Under the pieces are notes generated by a model. The model was given only the letters and a program-made list of their open reading frames with translations, searched no databases and was not told the origin of the DNA. Shown one piece after another: positions 17,250 through 26,600 of a stretch of DNA of 57,071 nucleotides; position 1 is the first letter of the stretch; each line of letters starts with the position of its first letter. The stretch comes from an uncultured Ardenticatenales bacterium (GTDB lineage: Bacteria > Chloroflexota > Anaerolineae > Ardenticatenales > Ardenticatenaceae): the NCBI GenBank assembly GCA_966690745.1, contig CBKYSX010000001.1, forward strand, positions 1-57,071, read 5' to 3'. The translations under genes and the position numbers were made by a program.

Positions 17250-18173
17250 ATGCCGAATAGTCTCCAAGAGTTGTGGTTAATCTTTTCTACATTTAACGCC
17301 TCGGACGCGATAGATATAGCTCTGGTCGCGTTGGTGTTTTATCTTTTTCTGTACCTGGTGCGCGGAACCCAAGCCGTCAATCTTCTGCGCGGTATCATGG
17401 TGCTGATTTTTATTATCTTTATTGTCTCGAACCGTTTTAACCTCACCGCTTTTAGTTGGCTGATTGCCAATTCCCTCCCTGCCTTATTAATTGCCATTCC
17501 TGTTATTTTCCAGCCCGAACTGCGGCGCGGCTTAGAACGGTTGGGGCGTACCGGATTATTTCTTACCGGAACCACCTCCCAATCTGCCCTGACGCGCACC
17601 ATCAATCAGGTCTGCCGCGCCGCCGAACGGTTGTCCGATATGGATCACGGGGCATTGATGGTTTTTGAACGGGAAGTGGGATTGCAAGAATTGGTGGATA
17701 CCGGGGTAGGGGTGGACGCGGTGATTTCCCCTGAATTGTTGGTGACAATTTTCTATAAATCTACCCCCCTCCACGATGGGGCGGTGATTATCCGCGACGG
17801 GCGGATTGCGGCGGCGGCGGCGGTGCTTCCGCTTGCCAGCGATTTACGCGACCGCAATCTTGGCACACGCCACCGGGCGGCGGTGGGCGTAACGGAAACC
17901 AGCGATGCAATAGCGGTCGTCGTTTCCGAAGAAACCGGGGTGATTTCGATTGCAGTCAACGGACGGTTGATTCGCAATTTGGATGAAGGGCAATTGAACC
18001 GCTTGCTCCATGCCTTCTACAACCCACAACAAGAACAACGAAGTTTTTGGGATCGGCTGTTGGGGCGCAATCCCGGTGATACCAAACGCACCCCTACCAA
18101 AACACCAAAAGAGACCCCCGGCGATAAGGAGATTGAGAACGTTCGGTTGGAAAGGGTATTAGAGGAAGAGTAA
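17250..18173 (+). CDS. cdaA: Diadenylate cyclase (c-di-AMP synthase), membrane-anchored CdaA type
   Basis: Three N-terminal TM segments. DAC domain motifs GALMVFER, TPLHDGAVIIRDGRI, LGTRHRAAVGVTE, DAIAVVVSEETG. Confidence 0.9.
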   Translation: MPNSLQELWLIFSTFNASDAIDIALVALVFYLFLYLVRGTQAVNLLRGIMVLIFIIFIVSNRFNLTAFSWLIANSLPALLIAIPVIFQPELRRGLERLGRTGLFLTGTTSQSALTRTINQVCRAAERLSDMDHGALMVFEREVGLQELVDTGVGVDAVISPELLVTIFYKSTPLHDGAVIIRDGRIAAAAAVLPLASDLRDRNLGTRHRAAVGVTETSDAIAVVVSEETGVISIAVNGRLIRNLDEGQLNRLLHAFYNPQQEQRSFWDRLLGRNPGDTKRTPTKTPKETPGDKEIENVRLERVLEEE

Positions 18174-18175
18174 CG

Positions 18176-19960
18176 ATGAGGGGATTGCTGGCTTTTATTC
18201 CACAAAATTTAACATCTGCTGTAATTGCGGTAGTCATGGCAGTATTGGTATGGATTGGAGCCACCAGTTTAGAGTTAAATCGTATTACCTTCCCGACCTC
18301 TGCCGCCGCGCCGGGCATCCCGATTCAGTTACGCAATAAGCCGGAAGGCTTGGTGGTATTAGAGGGTGAAGAACAGTTTGTACGGGTGGATTTGAGTATT
18401 TTGCAAGATGAAATGAATCGGCTGACCACCAGTGATTTTGTGGCGGAAGCCGATTTAACCGGGTTGGGACCCGGCGAACACCAAATCCCCGTAACGATTC
18501 GTACCCAACCGTATGCCCCACCCGCCCGTACCTTAGGACCCATCCCCGACCGTATTATCGTCGAGCTGGATGAGGTAATGACCCGTACCATTCCGATTGA
18601 AGCGGAATTATTAGACCGTAGCAGTCTGCCTCAAACCTATCGTATTCTGAATGTTGCCACTGAACCAAGTTCGATTACGATTTCGGGTCCCCGTTCTATC
18701 GTTGAGCCAATTGAGCGGGTGGTGGCACAGGCACGGGTGGAAGGCGCGCGGGAAACCGTAGTTCGCACGGTGCGACCCCAAATTGCGGGTATAACCACTG
18801 CCGACAGCCGGTGGATTACCACGAATGTAGAGGAAACGGCAGTCCAAATCGAAATTGGCTTGCGTCCGGGCTATCGGGATTTGATCGTGAGTGCGGATGT
18901 GCAAGGGGAACCTGCCCCCGGTTATTGGGTTAGCGCGATTACGCCCGAACCTGCGCTGATGACAGTGGTCGGGCAACCCGAAGTGATTTCCGCGCTCAAT
19001 GGGATTGTTTTTACGGAGCCGATTGATGTCAGTGGGTTGGGGGAAGGAAGCTTTGAGCGTGCAACGCGCCTTCAATTGCCGGAAGGGGTTTCCCCGTTGA
19101 ATGAGGGGATTGTCCAGGTTCGGATTGTGATTGAACCCCAGACCAGCAGTAAGCGCGTCAGTGTAGAACCCACCATTTCCGGGTTGCAACCGGGATTTAC
19201 GGTCGAACCTAGTGCGATTGTGCCCGGCGAAGTCACTGTATTGCTGAAAGGACCCATCACCGATTTGGAAAATCTGGATTTGGAGGATGTGTTGGTGACG
19301 TTAGATGTGAGCGAACGGGGCATTGGGACGCACCTGATTACCCCGATTGTGGAGCCGCCGGGAACGCTGGTTGCTGAATCCATCAACCCCGAACTGGTGG
19401 AAGTGACTATTACAGAGGAAACCATCAATCGGCAAGTCGAAGTACCCGTACGAGCAAGTGGTCAAAGGGCTACCCAGGTGGTCGTCGTGGAGCCGCCGAT
19501 GAGTACCGTAGTAGTGAATGGTCCCGTTTCATTGGTGGGGAATGTCGAGCCGCCCACCGTCACTGCCACGGTGAACGTGAATGCATTGATTAACGGGCAA
19601 TATGTGCTTACCCCGACCATCTCTGTGGCGAATGGGATTAGTGTTACCTCTTCTACCCCCGTCACCGTGAGCATCCTGAATGGAAGCGATGTACTAAACC
19701 TGACTGAACAGGTGCAATTGCTAAACCTGACCCCTGGCTTACGTGCCACCTTAGTCCAACCGACGATTACCGTGCGGATTGCGCCAAATGATGGCATCGC
19801 CCGTTTGCCGGACGTAGATTCAGTGGAGGTGTCGGTAGATTTGACCGGGCGCGGCGTGGGGGTGATACGGCTGAAACCAACGGTGCGCGTACCTGATGGG
19901 TTCGTATTGGTAGGGGTAGTGCCGGAAGAGATTGAAGTCAATATCCAGGCAGAGCCATAG
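18176..19960 (+). CDS. cdaR: YbbR-domain protein, CdaA regulator CdaR-like (extended, about 594 aa)
   Basis: Starts 3 nt after the cdaA stop. N-terminal TM segment, then repeated YbbR-like beta modules of about 90 aa (recurring V.V.G/P...V..I.P..V.V patterns). Confidence 0.75.
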   Translation: MRGLLAFIPQNLTSAVIAVVMAVLVWIGATSLELNRITFPTSAAAPGIPIQLRNKPEGLVVLEGEEQFVRVDLSILQDEMNRLTTSDFVAEADLTGLGPGEHQIPVTIRTQPYAPPARTLGPIPDRIIVELDEVMTRTIPIEAELLDRSSLPQTYRILNVATEPSSITISGPRSIVEPIERVVAQARVEGARETVVRTVRPQIAGITTADSRWITTNVEETAVQIEIGLRPGYRDLIVSADVQGEPAPGYWVSAITPEPALMTVVGQPEVISALNGIVFTEPIDVSGLGEGSFERATRLQLPEGVSPLNEGIVQVRIVIEPQTSSKRVSVEPTISGLQPGFTVEPSAIVPGEVTVLLKGPITDLENLDLEDVLVTLDVSERGIGTHLITPIVEPPGTLVAESINPELVEVTITEETINRQVEVPVRASGQRATQVVVVEPPMSTVVVNGPVSLVGNVEPPTVTATVNVNALINGQYVLTPTISVANGISVTSSTPVTVSILNGSDVLNLTEQVQLLNLTPGLRATLVQPTITVRIAPNDGIARLPDVDSVEVSVDLTGRGVGVIRLKPTVRVPDGFVLVGVVPEEIEVNIQAEP

Positions 19961-19983
19961 TTCCACAATCAACATCTATGCTT

Positions 19984-20025
19984 AAAAACACGGTGGAATT
20001 GGGTACTCAATTCCACCGTGTTTTT
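19984..20025 (+). terminator. Intrinsic terminator
   Basis: A 17-bp stem (aaaaacacggtggaatt / aattccaccgtgttttt) that ends in a T-run. Confidence 0.8.
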
Positions 20026-20119
20026 ATTTGTTGCAACGCAATGGCGATATAACTCACAGTCGGTAAGGAGAGGATGAGGTACGATTACAGAGTATAAAGC
20101 CATAGAAGGAGTCATATCA

Positions 20120-20923
20120 ATGAACAAAGATACTCTGCGCCAAATTGCCAACGTTGTGGCATTGGTGCTAACACTTGTCGTGAACTGGGCGGCAAATGCC
20201 TTGCCTATCAATGGTGTCACCACCGCCGATATATCCGATAGTATTCCCAGCTATTTCACTCCGGCGGGCTATGTTTTCGCCATCTGGGGGCTGATTTATC
20301 TGGGCTTAACTGCCTTTGTCATTTATCAGGCGTTGCCAAGCCAACGGGAGAACCCCCGTTTTCGGGCGATTGGCTGGGGTTTCGTTTTTAGTTGTCTCGC
20401 CAACAGTGCCTGGATTTTTGCATGGCATTATGGCTATTTTGCCCTTTCGATCTTGATTATGGGCGCGTTGCTCATGTTCCTGCTCGGCATTTACGAACGG
20501 CTTGGTACAGGGCAAACCCCTGCTCCCAATCGTCAAGAATTCTGGTTTGCCCGCGCCCCCTTTAGCCTCTATCTGGGCTGGATTACGGTTGCCACGATTG
20601 CGAATGCGTCGTCGGTGCTTTTTACCGCCCGGTGGGATGGCTTTGGCATCGGTTATTCAGGCTGGACGTATATAATGCTGGCAATAGCGGTGCTTCTGGG
20701 CATCTTTGTGGCATGGCGTACCCGTGACCGCATTTATATCGGGGTATTGCTCTGGGCGTTTGTCGGGATTGCGATGAAACAGGCAGAGGTTGCCCCCGGC
20801 GTGGCGACAGCGGCATGGATTGCGGCGGCGGTTACTGCTCTTGCGCTGGTGGTTGCGCCCATGCTCACCCCCAAACCACCGGGCGGCGGGGGTGTAGGGG
20901 CGCGGCAGTTGCAGGGCGCGTAA
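20120..20923 (+). CDS. TspO/MBR-related Trp-rich integral membrane protein
   Basis: N-terminal pattern NxxANALPINGxTTxxISDxxPSYFTPAGYVFAIWGLIY and multiple Trp-rich TM helices. The family assignment is from memory of the motif only. Confidence 0.45.
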   Translation: MNKDTLRQIANVVALVLTLVVNWAANALPINGVTTADISDSIPSYFTPAGYVFAIWGLIYLGLTAFVIYQALPSQRENPRFRAIGWGFVFSCLANSAWIFAWHYGYFALSILIMGALLMFLLGIYERLGTGQTPAPNRQEFWFARAPFSLYLGWITVATIANASSVLFTARWDGFGIGYSGWTYIMLAIAVLLGIFVAWRTRDRIYIGVLLWAFVGIAMKQAEVAPGVATAAWIAAAVTALALVVAPMLTPKPPGGGGVGARQLQGA

Positions 20924-20938
20924 CCCGGAAGAGTCATT

Positions 20939-20991
20939 AAAAAAGAGGGTCAATCCGATTCCCTTATGGAATCGGATTGACCCTCTTTTTT
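20939..20991. terminator. Bidirectional intrinsic terminator between convergent genes
   Basis: A stem of about 20 bp (aaaaaagagggtcaatccgatt / aatcggattgaccctctttttt) with A and T runs on both sides. Confidence 0.85.
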
Positions 20992-21011
20992 GTTTAAAAG
21001 CCGAAATTACC

Positions 21012-22367
21012 TTATTGCGGTGTAGGTGTCAGGTGGAGATTCGCCAACCGGAAATATTCCTCGGTGCGGATAAACATAGTATCCGCCGCTTCGCGCACCG
21101 AAACATCCCCGTAAAATGCCCGCTCTAATTCCTCACTGGCAGTTCCTTCAATTTCTTCCCATGTGGCAATCGTCGGCACACGGGTGAGGTCAGGAATCGT
21201 ATCCAGAAAGACACGGTTGTTGGCAGGCTTGGCGTTGGGGTCCAAGAAGGCAGGCGATTCGGCAACTTCAATCAGACTGGGAACGGTACGCCCGGTTGCC
21301 GCCACAACGGCTTGTCCTTCGGGGGAATTGGCAAATTCAATAAAGGTCCACGCCGCATCCTTATCGGCAGTTTGCGCCGACATACAGTAGCCATCGGTGT
21401 GGAGCAACCCTGCCCGTTGAACACCGACAGGCAGGGGCGCAACATCCCAATCAAAGGTGGAGATTTCCCGATAGGTGGGGGTTCCGCGCCGCGAATTGAG
21501 GAACATCGCCGTGGTTCCTTCAATAAAGCGGCTTTCACTATCCAGAGAGGCTTCCTCTTCCCGCGTGGGTACAATTCCATGTACCAGTCGCCAATCTACA
21601 AACCATTGCATCGCTTCCATACTCACCTGTCGGTTCATCGTCAGGCGGGTGGGGAAATTGATATCATCTACGATAGCACCTTGATTTTGGACGACAAAGG
21701 GAACGAGACGGAAGAAGGAGGTATCCGTGCCCAAGCCATACTGATCCATGGCTCCGTCCCCATCGGTATCCTGCGTTAGGGCTTTGGCAATGGTAATGAA
21801 ATCATCCCACGTCCAATCAAAGGAAGGGTAATCCAACCCCGCGGCGTCGAACATATCTTTGTTGTAGTAAACAACGAGGCTGGAAATGTTCTGAGGAATG
21901 CACATCACCGTCCCACGCCATTCAAAGGCTTCGAGTGTGATGGGGTAAAAATCTTCCGGTTGAAAAACCGTACTGTTTTCCAGATAAGGACCCAATGGCT
22001 CCATTAATTCGTTTGCGGCGAAGTTACCGATACGCCGATGGTTCATCAACGACACGTCCGGCGGGATACCGGCGGCATAATCCGCCGCCAGTTGGCGGCG
22101 ATAATCGTTCTGTCCGGGGGTGTGCCGCAATTCGATATCAATATTTGGATACCGCGCTTCAAATGTGGCAACCAACGTTTCATACGCCGCCTGTTCCGCC
22201 GGGTCGCCAAAGACCGCAAAGGAAATCGTCGCTGATTCACCGGTTGCCGCTTCTGAAGCGGTAGGGTCAATGGTATTGGGAGCCTGGGTTGGTGTAGCCG
22301 TGGGAGTGGTACACGCCGCCAGCAAAGTCACTAGCACAACAAGGAGAAGCAAAAACCGTTTAGTCAT
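21012..22367 (-). CDS. ABC transporter sugar-binding lipoprotein (family 1 SBP)
   Basis: Lipobox LLAAC, a Thr/Pro-rich linker, and the family 1 solute-binding pattern (FGDP..., PDV.., [19 protein letters not shown]). Confidence 0.8.
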   Translation of the reverse strand: MTKRFLLLLVVLVTLLAACTTPTATPTQAPNTIDPTASEAATGESATISFAVFGDPAEQAAYETLVATFEARYPNIDIELRHTPGQNDYRRQLAADYAAGIPPDVSLMNHRRIGNFAANELMEPLGPYLENSTVFQPEDFYPITLEAFEWRGTVMCIPQNISSLVVYYNKDMFDAAGLDYPSFDWTWDDFITIAKALTQDTDGDGAMDQYGLGTDTSFFRLVPFVVQNQGAIVDDINFPTRLTMNRQVSMEAMQWFVDWRLVHGIVPTREEEASLDSESRFIEGTTAMFLNSRRGTPTYREISTFDWDVAPLPVGVQRAGLLHTDGYCMSAQTADKDAAWTFIEFANSPEGQAVVAATGRTVPSLIEVAESPAFLDPNAKPANNRVFLDTIPDLTRVPTIATWEEIEGTASEELERAFYGDVSVREAADTMFIRTEEYFRLANLHLTPTPQ

Positions 22368-22400
22368 AGGTCAATCCTGCTTGATGGGGGTGATAAAAAA

Positions 22401-23684
22401 TTACTCCCGGAACAACGCCTCGGTGAGTGCCTGTGCCTGTTGTGCCGCTTCTGCTACCGTCGCATCGCCATAGAAGGCACGTTTCACTTCTTCGCCTGCC
22501 ACTTCTTCAATATTGACCCAATTTGGCATAATGGGAACCCCCCGCATAGACGGGATGGTATCAATGAAAGCGGCGCGGTTGTTGGCGGGCGGCGCAGACG
22601 GGTTTAGAAAGACATCACTTTCCGCCACTGAAATCAGCGAGGGAACGGTGCGTCCTGATTCAGCAAGAATCGTCTGTCCTTCCGGCGAATTGGCGTATTC
22701 AATGAAAGTCCATGCCGCCTCTTTGTTTCGGGTAATTTTTGCCATACAGAAAGCATCGGTATGAAGAATGGTCGTGGCGATTCCAGCGCGGGGAAGCGGG
22801 ACAACATCCCACGTAAAGGTTTCGATTTCCCGGTAGGTGGGGGTTCCGCGCCGACTGTTGAAGAACATTCCCAACCGCCCATTAATGAAGCGGCTTTCGC
22901 TTTCTTCCGCCGATTCTGCTACAGCATCCGGCACGACTTTTTCCTTCACTTGCAAATCTACAAACCATTGGAAGGCGGCAAGCGTGGCAGGGTCATCCAA
23001 TGTCAGATGGGTGGGGTTCTCTTGATTATCTACGATGTTGCCCCCGGCACTCCAGGCAAAAGGCGCAAGGCGGAAGAGATTGGCTTCGACCCCCGCCCCG
23101 TATTGGTCAATCGTGCCATCTCCATTGGTATCCTGCGTCAACGCACGGGCTGTAGTCAGAAAATCATCCCACGTCCAATCATTAGCGGGGTAGGGGATAC
23201 CCGCCGCATCGAACAAATCCTGATTGTAATAGACGACCAGACTGGAAATATTCTGGGGGATACACCACAACTGCCCTTGATAGGTGTAGGCTTCAATCGT
23301 AGGGGCAAAAAAATCGTCCGCTTGAATCACCGTACTTTTTTCAAGGTAGGGACCAATCGGTTCGATTCCCGATTCGGCAAAGGCAGCAAAGCGGCGATAG
23401 TTGAGCAACATGATGTCGGGAGGAGAGCCGTTGGCAAAGCTTGCCGCCAATCGTTGACGGTAATCATTTTGCCCCGGCACATGGCTCAAATTGACTTGAA
23501 TTTCGGGGTGGGCGGCATTGAAGGTAGAGACTAATTTTTCATACGCCGCCAATTCTGCCGGGTCACCAAAGACCATAAAAGAGACTTCGGCGGGGGCGGG
23601 CGGGCTATCGGCATCAGAAGGAGCGTTACAAGCGGCGACTGATAGCACCACTAACAGTGCCATCATCATGTGTAATAAGCGCAC
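22401..23684 (-). CDS. ABC transporter sugar-binding lipoprotein, paralogue of 21012..22367
   Basis: Lipobox VAAC. Collinear similarity to the neighbouring SBP ([47 protein letters not shown]). A GTG at 23684 or ATG 23669 are possible starts. Confidence 0.8.
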   Translation of the reverse strand: MRLLHMMMALLVVLSVAACNAPSDADSPPAPAEVSFMVFGDPAELAAYEKLVSTFNAAHPEIQVNLSHVPGQNDYRQRLAASFANGSPPDIMLLNYRRFAAFAESGIEPIGPYLEKSTVIQADDFFAPTIEAYTYQGQLWCIPQNISSLVVYYNQDLFDAAGIPYPANDWTWDDFLTTARALTQDTNGDGTIDQYGAGVEANLFRLAPFAWSAGGNIVDNQENPTHLTLDDPATLAAFQWFVDLQVKEKVVPDAVAESAEESESRFINGRLGMFFNSRRGTPTYREIETFTWDVVPLPRAGIATTILHTDAFCMAKITRNKEAAWTFIEYANSPEGQTILAESGRTVPSLISVAESDVFLNPSAPPANNRAAFIDTIPSMRGVPIMPNWVNIEEVAGEEVKRAFYGDATVAEAAQQAQALTEALFRE

Positions 23685-23956
23685 AGGTATTCTTTCCGAA
23701 GAAGCAACAATGCTTGAATAGAAATCAGCTTAAAAGCGTAGCAGAAGCGTAACCATCCGTCTTTAATAATAGCTCAAAATTCCTCAAGAGGAGCTTAAAG
23801 TTACGCATTTTACAACCCCTCTATAGATACAAATCTGCCCCTATCCAAAGTTAGGGCTATCTTCTAGCCCCCGTTGGTAGAGAATTGCCTTGTTTTCTGC
23901 GAAAGTGGTGGGTGGCATAACGCCACAAACCCTAATCTCTCTTTCGGAGGAACACA

Positions 23957-26080
23957 ATGCGATTTCGACCCCAATCCCTTGCGATTCTATTTTTACTCTT
24001 CACGACCTTTGCAACGGGCTTGTTACTCTTCCCCCGTTCGGCACACGCGGCGGCAACCATGGATATTGCCGGGGGAACCGCAACATATAACGCAGGCAGT
24101 TATATCATCAACAATCTTACGATTACCTTTGATGATGTCGGCAACACTTTTACCTTTCAGGAAAGCGGCGAAACCATTTCGCTGGGTGGCGGAGCAACCG
24201 GTGCAGGCTGTACCGGAAGCGGCACCAACACGGTTGTCTGTCCGGGAGCAAGCATTACTGCCTTCACCATTAATCTGAGCGACCGCGACGACACCTTTAT
24301 ATTGGCAGGGACGACCACCGTTCCCGCCACAGTCAACGGCGGAAGCGGTAATGATAGCATGACCGGGAATAACGGTGTGGATACCCTCAATGGCGAGGCT
24401 GGCAACGATACGATTACCGGCGGACGGGGCAATGACATTATGGTCGGTGGCGAAGGCGACGACCGCATGATCTGGAATAATGGCGATGGAAGCGATATTA
24501 TGGATGGCGATGGCGGGGCGGATACCGTTGAGGTCAACGGCTCGACCACTGCGGGGGACAATTTCACCGTCAATCCGAATGGTTCCCGTGTGCGTTTCGA
24601 CCGCATCAATCTCGGCTTGTTTAATCTCGATATTTCCGCCGAAGCCTTAGAAGTCAACGGCGGCGAAGGGGATGAAGTCATTACCGGAACGGTCGGGCTT
24701 GCCGCTTTAATTACCATGACTTTCAATGGCGATGGGGGCAATGATACCCTGATTGGTGGTGATGGGGTGGATACGTTGAATGGCGGCGATGGGAATGACA
24801 CCATTACCGGTGCACGCGGCAACGATATTATGATTGGCGCGGCGGGGGATGACCTGCTTATCTGGAATAATGGCGATGGCAGTGATGTGATGGATGGGGA
24901 TGATGGCGCAGACACGGTTCAAGTGAATGGCTCTACCACCGCCGGGGATAGTTTTACGGTGAATCCCAATGGTTCCCGCGTTCGTTTTGACCGCACCAAT
25001 CTAGGGCTATTTACGCTGGATATTTCCGCCGAGGCATTAGAAGTGAACGGGGGCGGCGGCGATGAAGTCATTACCGGGACGGTCGGGCTGGCTCCGCTCA
25101 TTTTAATGACCTTTAACGGCGGGGCAGACAATGATACCCTGATTGGCGGGGATGGCGTAGATACCCTCAACGGCGACGACGGCAATGACACCATTGTCGG
25201 GGCGCGAGGCAACGATATTATGGCGGGCGGGGCAGGGGACGACCTGCTGGTGTGGAACAACGGCGACGGAAGCGACATCATGGATGGGGATGATGGTGCG
25301 GATACGGTGCAAGTCAATGGGTCCGCTACCGCCGGAGATAATTTCACGGTCAATCCGAACGGCTCCCGCGTCCGTTTTGACCGTGTGAATCTGGGCTTGT
25401 TCAATCTCGATATTTCTGCCGAGGCGTTGGAAGTGAACGGTGGCGAAGGGGACGAAGTGATTACGGGTACGGTAGACCTTGCCCCCCTGATTACGATGAC
25501 CTTCAATGGCGGACCCGGCAACGATACGTTAGTCGGGGGCGATGGCGTGGATACGCTCAATGGGGATGAAGGCAACGACACCATTACCGGGGCGCGGGGC
25601 AATGATATTATGGTCGGGGGCGAAGGGGATGATCGCCTGATTTGGAACAACGGCGATGGTAGTGACACGATGGATGGGAATGGCGGCAGTGATGTGGTTG
25701 AGGTTAATGGTTCCACCACCGCCGGAGATTCCTTTGAAATCGCCCAAAACGGCTCCCGCGTCCGTTTTGAACGGGTCAATCTCGGCTTGTTCACGCTGGA
25801 TATTGATGCCGAAGCGATGGAAGTGAATGGCGGGGGTGGGGACGATCTGGTAAGCGTGACCCCGTTGGATACTACCATCCTGAATTTGGATGGCGGCGAC
25901 CATGACGTAGGGGACACCTTAACCGTCAACCCGCAGGGTGCCGATGCCACCAATCAAGGTGGTGTGATTACGATTGACGGACACGCGCCCGTCAACCATG
26001 TCAACTTTGAAACCGTGGAAATTCAGGCGGGCGGGTATCAACTGTACTTGCCCATGGTTTGGAGTGCGTCCGCCTATTGA
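23957..26080 (+). CDS. Secreted calcium-binding RTX-like repeat protein
   Basis: RBS ggagg, N-terminal signal peptide (…PRSAHA/AA), and many GGxGxD nonapeptide repeats (GGDGVDTLNGGDGNDTITGARGNDIM...). Confidence 0.85.
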   Translation: MRFRPQSLAILFLLFTTFATGLLLFPRSAHAAATMDIAGGTATYNAGSYIINNLTITFDDVGNTFTFQESGETISLGGGATGAGCTGSGTNTVVCPGASITAFTINLSDRDDTFILAGTTTVPATVNGGSGNDSMTGNNGVDTLNGEAGNDTITGGRGNDIMVGGEGDDRMIWNNGDGSDIMDGDGGADTVEVNGSTTAGDNFTVNPNGSRVRFDRINLGLFNLDISAEALEVNGGEGDEVITGTVGLAALITMTFNGDGGNDTLIGGDGVDTLNGGDGNDTITGARGNDIMIGAAGDDLLIWNNGDGSDVMDGDDGADTVQVNGSTTAGDSFTVNPNGSRVRFDRTNLGLFTLDISAEALEVNGGGGDEVITGTVGLAPLILMTFNGGADNDTLIGGDGVDTLNGDDGNDTIVGARGNDIMAGGAGDDLLVWNNGDGSDIMDGDDGADTVQVNGSATAGDNFTVNPNGSRVRFDRVNLGLFNLDISAEALEVNGGEGDEVITGTVDLAPLITMTFNGGPGNDTLVGGDGVDTLNGDEGNDTITGARGNDIMVGGEGDDRLIWNNGDGSDTMDGNGGSDVVEVNGSTTAGDSFEIAQNGSRVRFERVNLGLFTLDIDAEAMEVNGGGGDDLVSVTPLDTTILNLDGGDHDVGDTLTVNPQGADATNQGGVITIDGHAPVNHVNFETVEIQAGGYQLYLPMVWSASAY
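24340..25900 (+). repeat. Four tandem coding repeats of about 390 bp (about 130 aa) inside the RTX-like gene
   Basis: The unit GG.GND.L.GG.GVDTLNG..GNDTI.GARGNDIM.G..GDD.LIWNNGDGSD.MDGD.GADTV.VNGS.TAGD.FTVNPNGSRVRFDR.NLGLF.LDISAEALEVNGG.GDEVITGTV recurs at about 24376, 24765, 25156 and 25546. Confidence 0.85.
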
Positions 26081-26110
26081 TGTGACGCACATCGCCAATG
26101 GAATACGCAT

Positions 26111-26240
26111 AACAAAAAACGCGGCGGGGATTATCCCCGCCGCGTTTTATTTTTAATCAAATATGGCTTACCCACAACGTCCTCGTTATGGGGTCCAGTC
26201 GCTTACCAGCGATTGCCACCGTTGCGGTCGCCGCCGCTAC
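26111..26240. repeat. Direct repeat copy A (terminator hairpin plus remnant of the pnp 3' end)
   Basis: About 130 bp and roughly 90% identical by eye to 26601-26732. Contains the hairpin aaaaaacgcggcggggattatccccgccgcgtttt (26114-26148), which also terminates the RTX gene. The remnant ttaccagcgattgcc... encodes ..GGDRNGGNRW* on the minus strand. Confidence 0.8.
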
Positions 26241-26334
26241 ATCAGATTAGAGTACAACCGTATGCTATACTTAGGGAAATATTACGCCCCATCACTGCCG
26301 GGGTGAAGCGCGACTTGTCGTACAGGAGGATACC

Positions 26335-26580
26335 TTGGCTCACTGGAAATTACCATTTCCCCCCAATCCCGTCATTGAAGCCTACAAAAAAGATGTAGAT
26401 CGCACTCTATTCCGTGAAAATTTACGTCTCACTCCCACAGAGCGATTACAAAAACTAATGGAAATGCAAGCATGGGCGATTGAGCTTCGGAAAGCAGGCA
26501 AACGTGCGGCAGGGCGACCTAAAGACCTCGAAGCCATTGCAGAACTGGAAGCGATTTTAGAAGAACAAGAGGATTCTTAA
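26335..26580 (+). CDS. Small hypothetical protein (possibly a chimeric or degraded toxin-antitoxin-like remnant)
   Basis: 81 aa with a TTG start. N-terminal PPNPVIEAYKKDVDRTLFRENLRLTPTERL and C-terminal GRPKDLEAIAELEAILEE. Bracketed by the 130-bp direct repeats. Confidence 0.35.
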   Translation: MAHWKLPFPPNPVIEAYKKDVDRTLFRENLRLTPTERLQKLMEMQAWAIELRKAGKRAAGRPKDLEAIAELEAILEEQEDS

Positions 26581-26600
26581 GAGAATACTGCCGTATGTTG

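Noticed and set aside
24340-25900. Regularly spaced repeats that could be mistaken for a CRISPR-like array
   Set aside because: The period is about 390 bp with no short repeat/unique spacer alternation. The whole unit is in frame and coding.
24157-25953. Long minus-strand ORFs (252 and 344 aa, Ser/Pro-rich) antisense to the RTX-like gene
   Set aside because: They are the mirror image of the GGxGxD-coding repeats (GGN/GAY codons read backwards give Pro/Ser/Val/Ile). The + strand has a signal peptide, an RBS and coherent motifs. The antisense ORFs are low-complexity shadow ORFs.
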